Of a stretch of DNA of 64,000 nucleotides, positions 12,501 through 24,925 are shown one piece after another (the first letter of the stretch is position 1; each line of letters starts with the position of its first letter). Source of the DNA: Gordius albopunctatus (Eukaryota); assembly GCA_964276515.1 (NCBI GenBank), contig OZ193909.1:21142001-21206000 (forward strand). The letters run 5' to 3'. Both the position numbers and the translations under genes were made by a program. A model generated the notes under the pieces. The model saw only the letters and a list, made by a program, of their open reading frames with translations, had not been told where the DNA came from and did no database searches.

Positions 12501-15500
12501 AATATTTGTAGAACTTTACCTAGTTCCCTAAAAATAATTTATTGAAACACAGACTACCAAATCGCAGTCACATCAGGCCCTCTTGGACCAATGCATCATA
12601 TTAACGTTTTATCATTGGGGCGATGCAACCTCTATTTTCAAGCACGCTCACCTCTTTCTCGACAAACACATCTCGACTAGCACTCAAACTTCAGTCTCCC
12701 CTAACAAAAACAATCGGTTTATTTAACTCATTATTCAAAATGACCTTATTAAAGTGAATAGATCTAGTTAGTGGAAGAACTTGTAATGCTATAAAAACAT
12801 TTTTACAAATCATTGTTAAAATTATAACTTATCCGTGGATCTTCCAAATCGTATTTTATTTGTCACTCTCCTCAGTAATTTGTAGCGTAATGTAAAATAA
12901 TTCTTTGGGCCTCGAGTGTGAATGCCTTGAAGAATTTCGATGATATTCGTTTAAGTAATTGGCTAGCATTGGGTCCTAAGTTGCCGAAAAGGAAAATGTT
13001 GAGCTACAAGTCATAAAGTCGGGGGAGTGAATTTATCCTCCACCCATAGGCATAGCAAGCATAGGATTCAGAAGGGGACATTAATGATTTAGGGAGGGAT
13101 CATTTTTTGAAATTTTAGGCCCACAATTTGGATAAATTTCAACACCTATTTTGTATTTAGCGGGGGCTTGGCTACACCCATGTATCCACCGAAAATTGCA
13201 AATTTTAATTATATGCTTTGGTTAACTTTGATTCTAGGAAGAAAAGGAGAAAAAATGTTGAGGCATTTCAACCCACACCAGATTTGGGACTTACTCTGAG
13301 AGTGTTGACGCAATTCCAGCATCTCGTTACTTGCATCATAGCTTACGATGACGCCTCAAACCTGGATCCCAATGTAGTTGTCGAGTTGGAAAGAAGCAAA
13401 GATTACTTTTCCCAAATCATCAAAACATTTATCGAAGTTCGTCTGCTGATTTACTTTGATTAATGTGTAATTAGTTTTAATATTTATCCCATATTGTTTT
13501 TGCTTCTTGACCTTATTTTACGAGAATTTGCACAAGAGAGAGTAGACTGAGGAAAAGCGGTTAATTATTAAGTGAAGGTGTGTACTGCTGCTACGCCATG
13601 TTTGGGAATATATAAACAAACTGAACCCTATTTTTGGGAAGCCTTTAAACTTGGCTATTATTATTTCACCCATAACTTTTGCAATTTTCCTCCGCACAAG
13701 TGCGCATATTGCAAAACGTTATTTGATGAATGTCAACGCAAAAAATCAGCTGTTCGACACTCTGTCGTATTGTCGATCCTCTACGTTAGCATCGAGTTTC
13801 AAAATTTTGTAAATGTAACACGATTAGCAAATATATTTATGTGGTCTTCTTTGTGTGATTTTCGATGACATTCTTCGGCGAACAGCTGTTTTTGGAATTG
13901 AAATTTATTCAGCAACTTAGCGGCCAAGTGGGTTTTTTGAATATGCGCCCCTCCCCCTTCTTGTGTAGTGATAAATTTCAAAATTTAGGAAGGAGGTAAT
14001 AATGAGAGTGGCATTCGAATATTATTCTTAGGATGGGGAATGGGATCAATCAACAAGTCCCTCCTTGTACACTGATCCACGAATAATGGAGATCGTTTAC
14101 GAAACGTACCTTAAAATACTGCTGTACCAACACGTCGCCCAAATGTCGGCGTCAGCTGTCGAAATAACAGCGATTAACCCCTTTGCCCAGCCATGGGGAG
14201 GGGTTAAGACCGGTAAAAAAAATGGCCGGGGGTCGGTTCAAAACGACCGAGTTAATTATACTAAACATATGGACAAATTCGTGTACACTGTTGTCCAATT
14301 ATTCGGTCGCCATTTTTCCTTAATTAAAATGCTTCGGCTCCATGTTGAAAGTCGAAGGGAAAACGCGATAATAGAAGTTACCACAGCCTGTCTCAGAGTT
14401 GTCAGCGATGCGTTATCCCTGAATGTCTGTATGTCTATTTATTAATTTGATATGCGAAAAAATAGATCTGTTATGTTAACGGAGTCACCATGGGCGTACC
14501 AGAGTCCCCCCTCTAAATGCAAAAATTTGAAATTTATGAAAAATTATGGGGCTAAAGTTTCAAAAAATGATCATCCCCCCCCCTCTAATTAAAATGCTGG
14601 CTACGCCCGAGCGAGTTACAGCTACAGTAGCGTATGCAAGATTGCCTGAAGGGAGGGAGCCCGATTAAAAAGTTGATAAAATATAAGCTATAATATAGAT
14701 AAAGGTTTGGATTGGTTAAGAATGCTTATACATACCAATCAATAATTTTGTTGTTACACTTCGTATATTCAAGAAAAATAGCTAATTGTTTATATTGGTC
14801 CATGGGCTGAGCCAGCGATGGAATTAGAGTGGTGGGGCAATAATGATCGATTTTTGAAACTTTAGCCCCATAATTAAAAAATAAAATTGGATTTAGAGGG
14901 GTGCAGGCGACCGTCCCTGCCCCCATTACCTACGCCCATGTAGAGATTTTATATAAAGCCACATTTATATTATTAAAGTAGGAAGAATTTTTCTGATAAG
15001 ATGTAGATTATTTATAAAAGCAGAAGTTTAAAGGTCAACTCGAAGATTTTAAAAGATAATTTTAATAATTTCTAAATTACCATATTAAACGGCGAATGAA
15101 TAAACGATTAAAAAAATCAATTAAATATTTTATGGCTTTCATATCAGTGAACCGTTCGCAATTCGAAGATATGTGCCTCGTGTTATACAATTTGTACAGC
15201 GATGTAGCTTGGGGTTACTTTGCCCAACCCCTCATCACTCTAATCCACGGAGTAAGACCCCTTTTCCCTTAAATCCTAATTAAATTTTATTCTGTTTTGT
15301 CTCGTGGCGTTACAGATGTTTAGGTACTGTATACGAATTTGGAAAGCCCTAGACCCGGCAACTTATGACTCGGATAAAGCGAAAAATACTACCGAGACAG
15401 ACTCGTGTTTTGGGGTAGAAAAAGGAAATCGTCGGAAAAAAGGGGATAAAACGAATGTTGACGAGTTTTTTTCGACGAAATTACGAGATTTTCACATTAT

Positions 15501-18444
15501 GCGCCAATGGGTCCTGAATCTCTACGTTCACGCGATAGAAGCTTGTTGCTATCGTTCCGAACTGTTGCCACAGCCCTCTTCAGAAGTAAAAAAAATTATA
15601 TGAGCTAACTACTGTTGTAACGGGCTCGAACTCGGGGCGGGCCTTATGTGTCAGCCCGAGCCCGGCCCTAGACAAAATCTGGCTAAAAGATTTTTTTTAA
15701 ACTTTACTAATAGCTTTGTTGAGTAGGCTATTTAGAAGAGCCAAAAAAATTATATTTTTTTAAATATAACTTTACATTTCAAAAAAATCGTGCCAGGCGC
15801 GGGTCGGGCAAAATAAAATGAAAATTGTGGGGCCCTTGTGCCTAAAGAATCCACACCATAAACGCCAGTCTCCGTTTTATTTTGAGTACTTTTAATGATT
15901 GGGTGTCGTGCAAACGAACTACTACGACGAGCATGTGTCATCATTTTGTCGTAGAGACTCGGCAATGCCCGCATATACACGCTGCTTACGGGGTGCTATG
16001 CTGTGCTGAGGAGTCATGTATAAATAAAAGCTACAGTAAATACGGCACCGTGGCGTTATGATAAAATTAACAATCCTTACACTAGGGACGGGTTTCTCTT
16101 GATAGACTATTTGCATAGTTATGGTATGGTATTGAGTCAGTAGGGCCAATAAGGCGCACACTACGAATAACATTAGTTTGGAAAAAATTGAATCACAATT
16201 TTTTGATGAGTTAATTATTACTAAACCCAAATTATTTCAAATAAAGTTATACCTGTTCAAAATTCCGATCCTCTCTTTACCATTTGAATCATTTTTAAGT
16301 TTGATTTATTTTCACTATTTAAATTTAAAAATAGCTAATCAAATGGATGTGATAAGGTTGCACCAAGAATAATGTTGCTTGATATATACAAAATTCTATT
16401 AAGCGTCAAGTTTGGCGATTCAAATTTTTAAAATGAGATTATTAATATTTTTCCAATTTTTGACCATCTCCTAGCTGGTCCCAAACTTTTTATCATTGAA
16501 ATATGATATAATAATGGGTCATGAAGGAATGCACAATGTGAAATTGGTGATTTCATATACAGGCTAAATATGTTTTTATGATTTTTCACTAATTTGACCA
16601 CAAAAAATTAAGCGCAAAAGTTTGAGCTTTTTGGTTAAATTATTTTGGTAGAGGATTTTTTACGAACAAAATTTGAGTGAAAACGCAATTACTTTCAAAA
16701 ATATGACAAAAATAGTAAAATCCATAAAACTCTCCCAAACGTCAATTTCGCCCTTTAAACTTCTCTAATATATGAGGTCTAAACCCTCGCCAAAAATTAT
16801 CCTGATTCGGTCGAAAATCGTCTTTTTTTGACGAATCAACCAGGTGAGATTTTAAATCCTTAAAATGTACTATGCTTTTTTATTTTTAAACTACAGCAAC
16901 TCACCGATGAGAAATATCACGAAAATTTGATATTTTACCCGCTGTGGCGCGATATCCAACAATCATGCTGCCCCGATGATATGATGGATTCCGTGTTGGA
17001 ATTGACCTTCAACTTCGTCAGGGCTTACTTGTTTCAGCATTATCGGGCTCGGTATCCGAACCTTCGCGCCGACACCAATTATTTACAGGTTTGTTATTAA
17101 TTATAATATTGAGGATCGCGGAATCGTGAGGGAAGTCATGCTGCGCCATTCTCCGCACCCCGACCCACATCTTGGGAATCGGGGTAGTCTCGCGCGCAGG
17201 CAGGAGAATTGATCCTAAGCCCGGAGAATAGAGCCCTGAAAAATGGAATTCCTTCTGCCCCAGCCGAGTCCGAAACTTTACTCAAGCCACACTTGTAGGG
17301 CTTTATTTGTATAAAACCAAAGATCCCCCCCCTCTCTATCGTTAAGCATTAGCTTATATACCATGGTAAAGAGGTTAATATGAATAACTCGTAAGGTAGA
17401 TTATAATGATTGGAAATAGAATAAGGAGGAGTATGAATAATGTGTATTCAAATATAGCAAGAAGGAATGGGAACAAAGTGATGACATCCACCAAATCATA
17501 AAGGTACCCCCACCCCTATTCTAATTAGGTAATACCGTACACTCGAGCTCGGCCCGACTTTTTAGAAAGTTTTATTTATAATAGCCTATTCAGCAAAGGA
17601 TCTAGTGAAAAGTTTTTAAAACTCGGGTCGGGTTGCCACATCAAGCCCGACTCGGTCTGGGCTTCGGACGGCCCGTGCAAGGTTTTGAATACAACTGACT
17701 GGCGAGGCGCCCATTTTTGCATTACAAAATTATTAAGTAACTTACACCGCCATCTTTGGTGAGTTTTTTTCAGTTTTGATCTGTAAAATTAAGATTTTAT
17801 TGATAAGTTCCAATATTTTTCCCCAATAATCAATATCTTTATTAATCGTTCCGACAGATTTACACCTTCCCCTACCTCCTCTTGCAATACTTCTCCTGCC
17901 TGTCTAAGTCTCCTTTTTTCACCCTTTTCGTTGAAAGATGTCTCAAAGCGATCCCCAACCAGAATATTCCCTTCGATCTAAATTCCATTTATACCGTCCT
18001 GGTTGTTGCACAAATCTTGGTAGCCAATTTTAAAACCAAATTGAACGGTAACTTATCTAAGCTCGCGTTTAAGTGGTTTTAAAAGTTTAGTCAGACTCAT
18101 GGGCGTATCTAGGGGAGGGGGGGGCAGGGAGGAGCCGCTGCCCCCCCCCCTAAATCTAAAAATTTATTAAAATTATGGCTAAAATTTCAAAAGATGGTCA
18201 TTTTGCCCCTACTTAAATCATTATTGACCCCCCCTCTAATCCCAACGCTGGCTACGCCCGTGGTCAGACTACTAATATAACGATTTCAAATTTACAATTT
18301 AACTTAATTTGACCTGGTTTGTTCAAACTTTTAGTTGCGGAAAAAAATGAGTTGACCGATGCCATCGAGAGACGCCTACTGACAACCACGCTACAAGATT
18401 CTCAGCTGTACGAAGAAATTAAATTAATGTTATTAGAGATATAG
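6600..18444 (+). CDS. NCAPG2: Condensin-2 complex subunit G2 (HEAT-repeat CAP-G2), about 1388 aa, 23 exons
   Basis: Motifs YGEIYYLAWAR, LLDPILWKSLTVPNQDIRLNAAYIFFDTFPI, DLLKDPHHMVRLVAITGTCKIMAHHW and LENSEKLKLTFINLLFAIK...KFW parallel human NCAPG2 as I recall it. Phase-consistent exons: 6600-6675, 6723-6844, 6884-7088, 7154-7236, 7271-7494, 7594-7784, 7952-8205, 8721-8856, 9265-9491, 9980-10183, 10642-10890, 11046-11249, 11564-11608 (tentative), 11677-11790, 12553-12716, 13238-13436, 13578-13784 (tentative), 14032-14428, 15148-15251, 15316-15585, 16897-17088, 17858-18047, 18335-18444 (TAG). Confidence 0.9.
9569..9703. mobile_element. hAT MITE, CATGGGCGTAGCC family
   Basis: Ends CATAGGGGTAGCC...GGCTATGCCCATG with internal G/C tracts; matches the copies at 18098, 30069, 42441 and 60051. 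Confidence 0.8.
10376..10515. mobile_element. Small MITE (TAGTG...CACTA)
   Basis: Imperfect TIRs TAGTGCTGTAAAAACCCTGGGTTTTGTT / AACAAAACCCAGGTCTTTTTCCAACACTA; similar to the host element at 11908-12288. No TSD seen. Confidence 0.6.
11923..12121. mobile_element. hAT MITE (TAGAGTTG family) nested in another MITE (about 11908-12288)
   Basis: TIRs TAGAGTTGCTAAATTGCTAAC / GTTAGCAATTTAACAACCCTA; TSD GAAAAAAC/GTAAAAAC; an inverted sister copy lies at 60406-60611. Confidence 0.85.
13045..13182. mobile_element. hAT MITE, CATGGGCGTAGCC family
   Basis: CATAGGCATAGC...GGCTACACCCATG, flanked by CCTCCACC/TATCCACC. Confidence 0.7.
14489..14940. mobile_element. Two CATGGGCGTAGCC-family hAT MITEs (about 14489-14611 and 14801-14940)
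   Basis: Both carry the family TIRs and body, in opposite orientations, within one NCAPG2 intron. Confidence 0.75.
15839..16172 (-). mobile_element. Possible short solo LTR
   Basis: GC-richer intronic block; the minus strand starts TGTTA, ends CA and has AATAAA near the end. The flanks (CTTG/TTAG) are at best a degenerate TSD. Confidence 0.35.
17229..17690. mobile_element. TAGAGCCCTG-family hAT MITE, degenerate
   Basis: Starts TAGAGCCCTGAAAAAT and ends GGCCCGTGCAAGG; the right part is the reverse complement of the similar element at about 15615-15838. Confidence 0.55.
18098..18262. mobile_element. hAT MITE, CATGGGCGTAGCC family, perfect TSD
   Basis: CATGGGCGTA...TACGCCCGTG flanked by the perfect 8-bp direct repeat GTCAGACT. 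Confidence 0.9.
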
Positions 18445-18903
18445 GAATTACATGTAATTAGTAAATTAGAAATATTTAACGCTCTTTTTCTCGTATTTAT
18501 ATATTAATACAAATTCGATACGATGTTCGGTAGATAAACGCCCAAACCATAGAGCGTATAAAAATAAAAAACCTTTAGTTGAGATTAATAGCAAAATGAT
18601 ATTATGTCGGTTTCGTTGCAAACGAGCTAAAGACGGGTGCTAAAAGGAATGTCTTAAGGTTGACTTTGGCACATCTTACCAAAAGGGTTTATGTGTAGTA
18701 CAAGTATAAAATAATATATCGTCGTCAACAGGTTTTAATTTTTTAGGATTGATAACGGGTTTTAGAAAAATGTTTACAAAAACAATCCAGCGTATTAAAA
18801 TTAACGTGAGGTAAGGGGTGGAGTTTGGTTGACTAGAAAAAGTAAAAAAATATTCCAGGAGATTTCTTTGCCTGAGGTAGTGTTGATATGCACCTAAGGT
18901 TTT

Positions 18904-20965
18904 CTAACGCGATGTGAACGTTTCGGCCCCAATTTCGTAAGCGGTCAAGCTTAGACAAATACCCGCTACAATAATATTGAAGGCGGAGATTGCGGTAGAA
19001 GCCCAAGGATAAGTCAGATGTTGAGTGAGTAGTCCACCCAAGAAAGGACCGAGAAATGCTCCGAGCGCTAGGGCAGATGAATATAGACCCGAAACCAGAC
19101 CGCGAGTCTTGAGGTCTATGCTACACTCTACTCCTCTAATCCTTTTCATCATATCCGTAAACGGGAGAACGATTTGTCCGGCAAAGCCGACTCCCAATAT
19201 CATTTGCGAAACTACGATCCAGACCAGCAATGATTGACGTGAAAACACCGGAGATGACGACGGTGACAATAATGCTACAACCAGCGGCGAAGGTCCGGAC
19301 AAGGCGAGAGCTAGCGCCGATATGAGGCAAGCCAGAAGGCAATATAATCGCGTGAGGGCGTAGTTACCAAATTTGGCTGTATCGAGTACCCGACCTAAGG
19401 CCAAAGAAATTAAAGTGTAAGGAGCTGACAAGGCTAAAAACAAAGCTCCCACTTGTGGACTAGTTAAACCCAACCCCAACTCCCTCGTATGTGGTTCCAG
19501 GCTGGGGTCTATGAAACCCACAGTAAATGTGCCCGCTATTACCACTAGATAATCCAAGGTGAGCGAGGTCGGATGAATTGTGAATAGGGTGAAAAAGGAG
19601 AATGCCTTGGTAAAAGAGCCCCTCGAATTAGATTGATGTGGGTTTAGCAACCTTTCTTCTTGCAGGATAGCTTCATCGTTAGCCTTGTGCACTACATATA
19701 ATTCCCATGTTTATAAATAAAATAAGTTTGTTTTTATCTTCAATTGCATCGCTTTTGTAATTATAAATTAAAACAAGAAGACACTAAATAGGAACAAAAA
19801 TTCTGTAGAGTCTAATATGCGTTTTCAATAAAATTTAAATAAAATCATAATCTTTGAAATATAAATGGCAACATAAAATAGAGTTTTTAAATATATAAAA
19901 AGGGGAATTTTAGCTATATAGATGCCTATTAAACATTCAGCAAAAAACTTGATTTAAGAATTATATAATGTAAGTAAATTATTTATTTAAATGTTAAATT
20001 ACTAAATTAAAAATATTTTTGTTGATTTAAATTAATACCTCTCTCATTGTCATTAATTCCTTGAAGATTTTGGTTAGCATCATTTAAAATACCTTGAATA
20101 TCAGAATCACCTTGAAAATTTAGAAATATTTGTAATTAATAGCAATATTTAAAATATGCTTTCACTATTATTCAACTTATATAATGTAATTTAATAGATC
20201 TAAGACCTTACTGTCAAATTTTGGAATGGTGAATAGCGATATAACAAATAGAACAAAGAGGCATAATGCCACTGTAATAAATGGAGTAATGTAGCCACCT
20301 ACCTTTTCATTAAAACTAATTTATATTTTATCATAACATTTTTGATATAATACAAATTAAACATTAAAATTTACTTCATGCAAAAAACCTCCAAAGGCTG
20401 GTCCTATACTAAACCCCAATCCTCCACACATTTGTATAATACCCTGATCAAAAAATTACAAATAATGATTTTAATATACAAATGTGGTCCCAATTTTTGT
20501 TGGATATAGATTTACTATCATAACATATGATGAAGTTAAGAAGGCAGCACACCCTAATCCTTGAATTAGTCTTAAGGCAAATGTACATAACATAAAAATC
20601 GTGTCCTTATAGCAAAAGGTGGTGAAGCCAAATAAAAAACTAGCTACAGTGGTTAAACCAATACCAATAAGGTAGAGTTTTTTCACACCAACTTTATCTA
20701 TCTACAATAAACAAATTAATATATGCTGCAACATCTCATACATATAATCCAAATATTGGGGAAACAAAAAATTGAATTCCTTGAAAAATTCCAAAAATTG
20801 CACCAATTTCAAAATTATTTAGACCCTTTTGTTCAGCCTGTTATAGTAGTTACATAAAAAAGAAAAAAATAATACCTCAGCGGGAAAAAATGAAGCAATT
20901 ATGGCAAAACAAGTAGAGGCTAAAAAATCGACCAAACATATGGTAATCATTGTAATGGTCTTCAT
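18904..20965 (-). CDS. SLC18B1: MFS-type transporter, SLC18B1-like, about 475 aa, 7 exons
   Basis: Spliced product MKTITMITICLVDFLASTCFAIIASFFPAEAEQKGL...LRLIQGLGCAAFLTSS...GLGFSIGPAFGGFLHEVGGYITPF...FIDPSLEPH...GLVSGLYSSALALGAFLGP matches the SLC18B1 pattern. Exons: 20965-20876, 20837-20742, 20701-20480, 20443-20375, 20302-20212, 20110-20039, 19691-18904; all GT-AG and phase-consistent. Confidence 0.85.
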
Positions 20966-21745
20966 TTTTAAATAACTAGACAGAATGATATTAATTTTTA
21001 AAATTAAAAATTGTAATCAGCTGATTAAATGAGTGCATAAAGTGGAAACTAGCTTATGATTTTCGTACAAATATTAATTTCTTTTAAATTATTGAAAGTA
21101 AAGAGTAATGCTGTTTAGCGTTCAATAAACTTTCAGGTGAATCTTAACACATGGTCTACATTATCATGTTTTGATTGATTATATGGACCAATATGACGCA
21201 TAGCTTTACTTACGGCGTTTTTCTTTAACTCTAAATGTCTTGACTCCCCTCCCGCACACTAATAAGAGAGAAAAAGGTGATCAATCAAAGCTTTTGAAAG
21301 AGAATGCCCATTCCTTATCCTTCCTACTCATGCATCTTACTACTTCCCTTACCAATTATATGCTTCCTACCTTTTTATAATTTGGTGGTTTTTGTCAATT
21401 TGTCGTTTTTTTTATAAAAAAACGTGACGTAGATTGTAAATTTATTGCGGGGAATTTTTATTTAAAAAACTGTTATTTTTTAAGTTTATTTTTAAAATAT
21501 ACAATGACATTTTTATTAAATTTTATTTATTAAACTTAAAATTCTCATTATAATTTTTTTCCAACTTCATATAGAATGTTTTATCTAAAAAAATGTATTA
21601 ACTAAATTATTTTCTAAAACAACATTATAAAATAAATCAGAAAACGAATAAAATCACACAGAACTCCTACTCTATTATTTTTTTAAGTTAACAGTTAGTT
21701 TTTTTAATTATAGAATAATAATATAAAAACATGATATGAGTGATA

Positions 21746-22832
21746 TGTCTTTATCCCCCTCTTTTAGGAGACGCCAGGAATCCATAATAGATTTAAAATA
21801 AAAATTTGCCATTAAAATTCCTATCTATTGTTTAAATAAAATGCGAGGCACTATTTAGAGGCAGGGGATCGCCTGCCTATATCTTAAAATAAAGCCAGCG
21901 TCATTTTTTCATAGGATCCTAAACAGGATCAATCTATTGGGATAAAAACTAGACTTCATGAGGGCCTCGTATCTTTTGAGCTTGCGTTCTTCGGCGAGGG
22001 CCATAGGGTCAAAATGATATTCGAAGCTTCTAGGCTACTTGAGCACACAAATCAAGCTGTTTACCACTGACACTCAGAAAATAGCTTCGAAGGAAGGACG
22101 AATAGTAATTGAAAACGATTGCGGTTAAGCTCACGGTTCTCGACATCCATAGACTTTTTAACTGCAAGAACCTTAATATACTCTTATAACGTCTGGGGGC
22201 AATAGACTAGTTTTAATAACTCTTCGTTTAACAACTTAAACTGATCTCATTCTAATTACAAAGTTTCAAAAAGCCCGGTAATGTTATTTTTGGTCACCAC
22301 CTCCCGGTGTGTGTCTGTTACCCTCCTGAAGTGTAGTAACCGTTTCCCAGATACCCCTTTTCGAATCGAACCCTGATTCTTAATTACTAGTGTATAACGA
22401 AGAACGCAGACATTTAAAATGTAAGGTACGCCCCTGCCGTGAGACCGTACGATCGAAAACATAGACTGCCTAACATCTGATTTTTACTATTAAAATCAAT
22501 CAGACATTATTATAGCTGGCACCTTGAAGGAAAAACTCAACCACAAGTATATTTATACTTCTCCACCATATAATATTTAAGAAAAGAAATAAGACTATTA
22601 GCTAGCTTAATTTATAAATTTTAAAAAAAAATAAGTAAAATAAAACAATAGATTATGTTGACTTCTATTGTTTAGTTACAATTTCCCACAAAATGGCGGT
22701 TTCCATACTTCCTAAAAAATTATTAGCTGTTCGGCTTTCTATGGTTTTATTAGTCTATGATCGAAACAAAGTTACAGAGTTACCAAGGTTTTTGTTCTTA
22801 TAAAAACAATCGAACCTTTGGAATCATTAGCA
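21746..22832. mobile_element. Probable solo LTR carrying an inserted MITE
   Basis: GC-richer block bounded by TG (21746) and CA (22832), with the 5-bp direct repeat TGATA on both sides; about 780 bp once the MITE is removed. Confidence 0.55.
22460..22759. mobile_element. hAT MITE (CATAGACT family)
   Basis: TIR CATAGACT/AGTCTATG; TSD ATCGAAAA/ATCGAAAC; a diverged sister copy lies at about 24656-24925. Confidence 0.8.
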
Positions 22833-23492
22833 TGATAAGTTCAGGATTTAATTTAGTTAAGGATATACTTTGTAGAATCTAATAAATTACAACTAAATTA
22901 ATGAGCCATTCGCGGTTAAAAATTATTTTGTACTTGTAGTTGTACATGTATGTCTTAATCTTTGAGATAAGCATAAAACTACTGCAATATTAATACTGAA
23001 CAATTTGTGCCAAGCAAAAATCTGTTGGTATAAAATACAAATGAGTCCCCACATCCTAAATTAACACATTTTAAGCACTTTTATAATTTAGCAATAAATG
23101 TTAAAATAAACGTTTTTTCAAAAATACCCATAAACACGCACATATAAAAATTTGTTATTTCCTTTCACCACGCTATTTTTTTAAATCTATAGTTAAGTTC
23201 AAAACTTAAAATAAGTTATGTTTGGGGTTATATCATTCAGTATATATTGCATTTGCATATTTCTATAAAATAAACAAGTAGAGTAAACAACAGAGTAAAT
23301 TTATTAGAATTTCATGTACATATTGTAGTCATTGAACATGTAATTGCCCTAAAATCTTGATTCAAACATATTTATGTCAAAATCCTCACTCTAGACTGTA
23401 AATTATATTTACAATTTAATCATTCATGCAGAAAATCATATATGCGATAACATGTTAATAAAAGTATAAAATTAAAAAGGAATGTTGCAACT

Positions 23493-24581
23493 TCAATAAG
23501 TTCCACTGGTTTTCTTTTCAGTAAAAAAATTCCGTAACACAATTATTTGACCAATTCCAATAATAAGAACTGCTAAGGTAAGACTCAATGAAAGTATCAT
23601 CACTTTATTATTGAGTTCCTCAGCAAAAATGCGACCAGAAGCTTCTGCTACCCTGTAATGAGTTTGATATTCCTCAACTTCATTAAAATTTTCATGGATA
23701 ACTTCTGTGGAAGATTCCATCTAAAAACAATTTGCAAAATGTCATGATAAAAGAGATGTATCATAACATCTATATGTCAATCTGATAGGTATCATTATTT
23801 AATTAATTTCAAAAAAAAATTTTTAAATAAAATATTCATTTAAAAAAGTGTCAAAGGCTTTAACAAAATTTAAAAAATATTAGAATGTACAAACCCTTGT
23901 TAAGGGATATTGACTCCTCATGGCTGGATCTAACACATGCCCTCCAAATTGATCATCATCCCCTTCAGACCAATCAAAATAAACAGTTTTTTGTTCAGAA
24001 GAAGAAAATTCATTGCTAAAACACACTTTGTGTGTACCATCAAGTGAAGATTCCCATTCATATGATTCAAATTGTTTTTGCTTAAAATGTTCTATGGGTT
24101 GAGCACTGTGTGGTGCAGTTATAATTACATCTACATCATAATTGCCTCCAGTTATAACCTTGTTTTATATGTAAACTCAAGATTTAGATATTTAGACTGA
24201 TATAAATGCACAAAATATTACTAAAAATATAGATATTAAATAACACTATTATTGATGTTATTTAAAAGAGTTCGATCAATTATTTATTTGGCCTTATTGC
24301 TTAAAGTTATAATAAATAATGATAATTTAATATAAAGTTTAACACATAAATTAATACAAAAATATAAAACATAATAAAGACTTTAAGTATACATTAAGTA
24401 TATATATCAATTTAAAGACAATTTTTATGGTATTTACTTGAAAGTCTATCTTTGTTTTTGTTCCTTTTTCTAAAGTTTTAAAATAGCATGTTTCTGCGTT
24501 ATTCAAATTAAATGTAAATTCAGCGCAGGAATTTAAATAAACTTTAATTAAAAATAAAATTAATGAATAGCCAGTCCACAT
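23493..24581 (-). CDS. TMED7: p24-gamma GOLD-domain cargo receptor (TMED3/TMED7-like), 211 aa, 3 exons
   Basis: Exons 24581-24438, 24158-23895 and 23720-23493 give a signal peptide, EFTFNL...CYF...FQVITGGNYDVDV...VCFSNEFSS...KTVYFD, YQTHYRVAEASGRIFAEELN, a TM helix and the LRNFFTEKK tail. TMED3 versus TMED7 cannot be resolved. Confidence 0.92.
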
Positions 24582-24655
24582 GTAAGAATTTAAACGTTAA
24601 CCTACAACGATATCGAACACCAATTCGGTACCTATCTCGAATGTATAACCATCGT

Positions 24656-24925
24656 CATATAATAAAACCATAGACCGCCGAACAGCTAATTTTTTCTGCT
24701 AAAATTATTCAGACATAATAGCTGACATCTTGGAGAAAAACATCATTATATTTAGGAAAATAAATAAGACTAATAGCTTAATTAATAAATAAAATAAATA
24801 AGTAAAAGACATTAATAAATCATATTGAGTTATATTGTTTGGTTACAATTTCCCTTAAATGGCGCCTTTTATACTTGCTTAAAAATTATCAGCTGTTCAG
24901 CAATCTAGTGTTTAATTAGTATATG
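24656..24925. mobile_element. CATAGACT-family MITE, diverged copy
   Basis: Shares the body (GGTTACAATTTCCC...ATGGCG...AAAAATTATCAGCTGTTC) with 22460-22759. Confidence 0.65.

Noticed and set aside
19025..19342. ORFs 19025-19237 (+) and 19136-19342 (-)
   Set aside because: They are antisense or out-of-frame shadows of the SLC18B1-like last exon.
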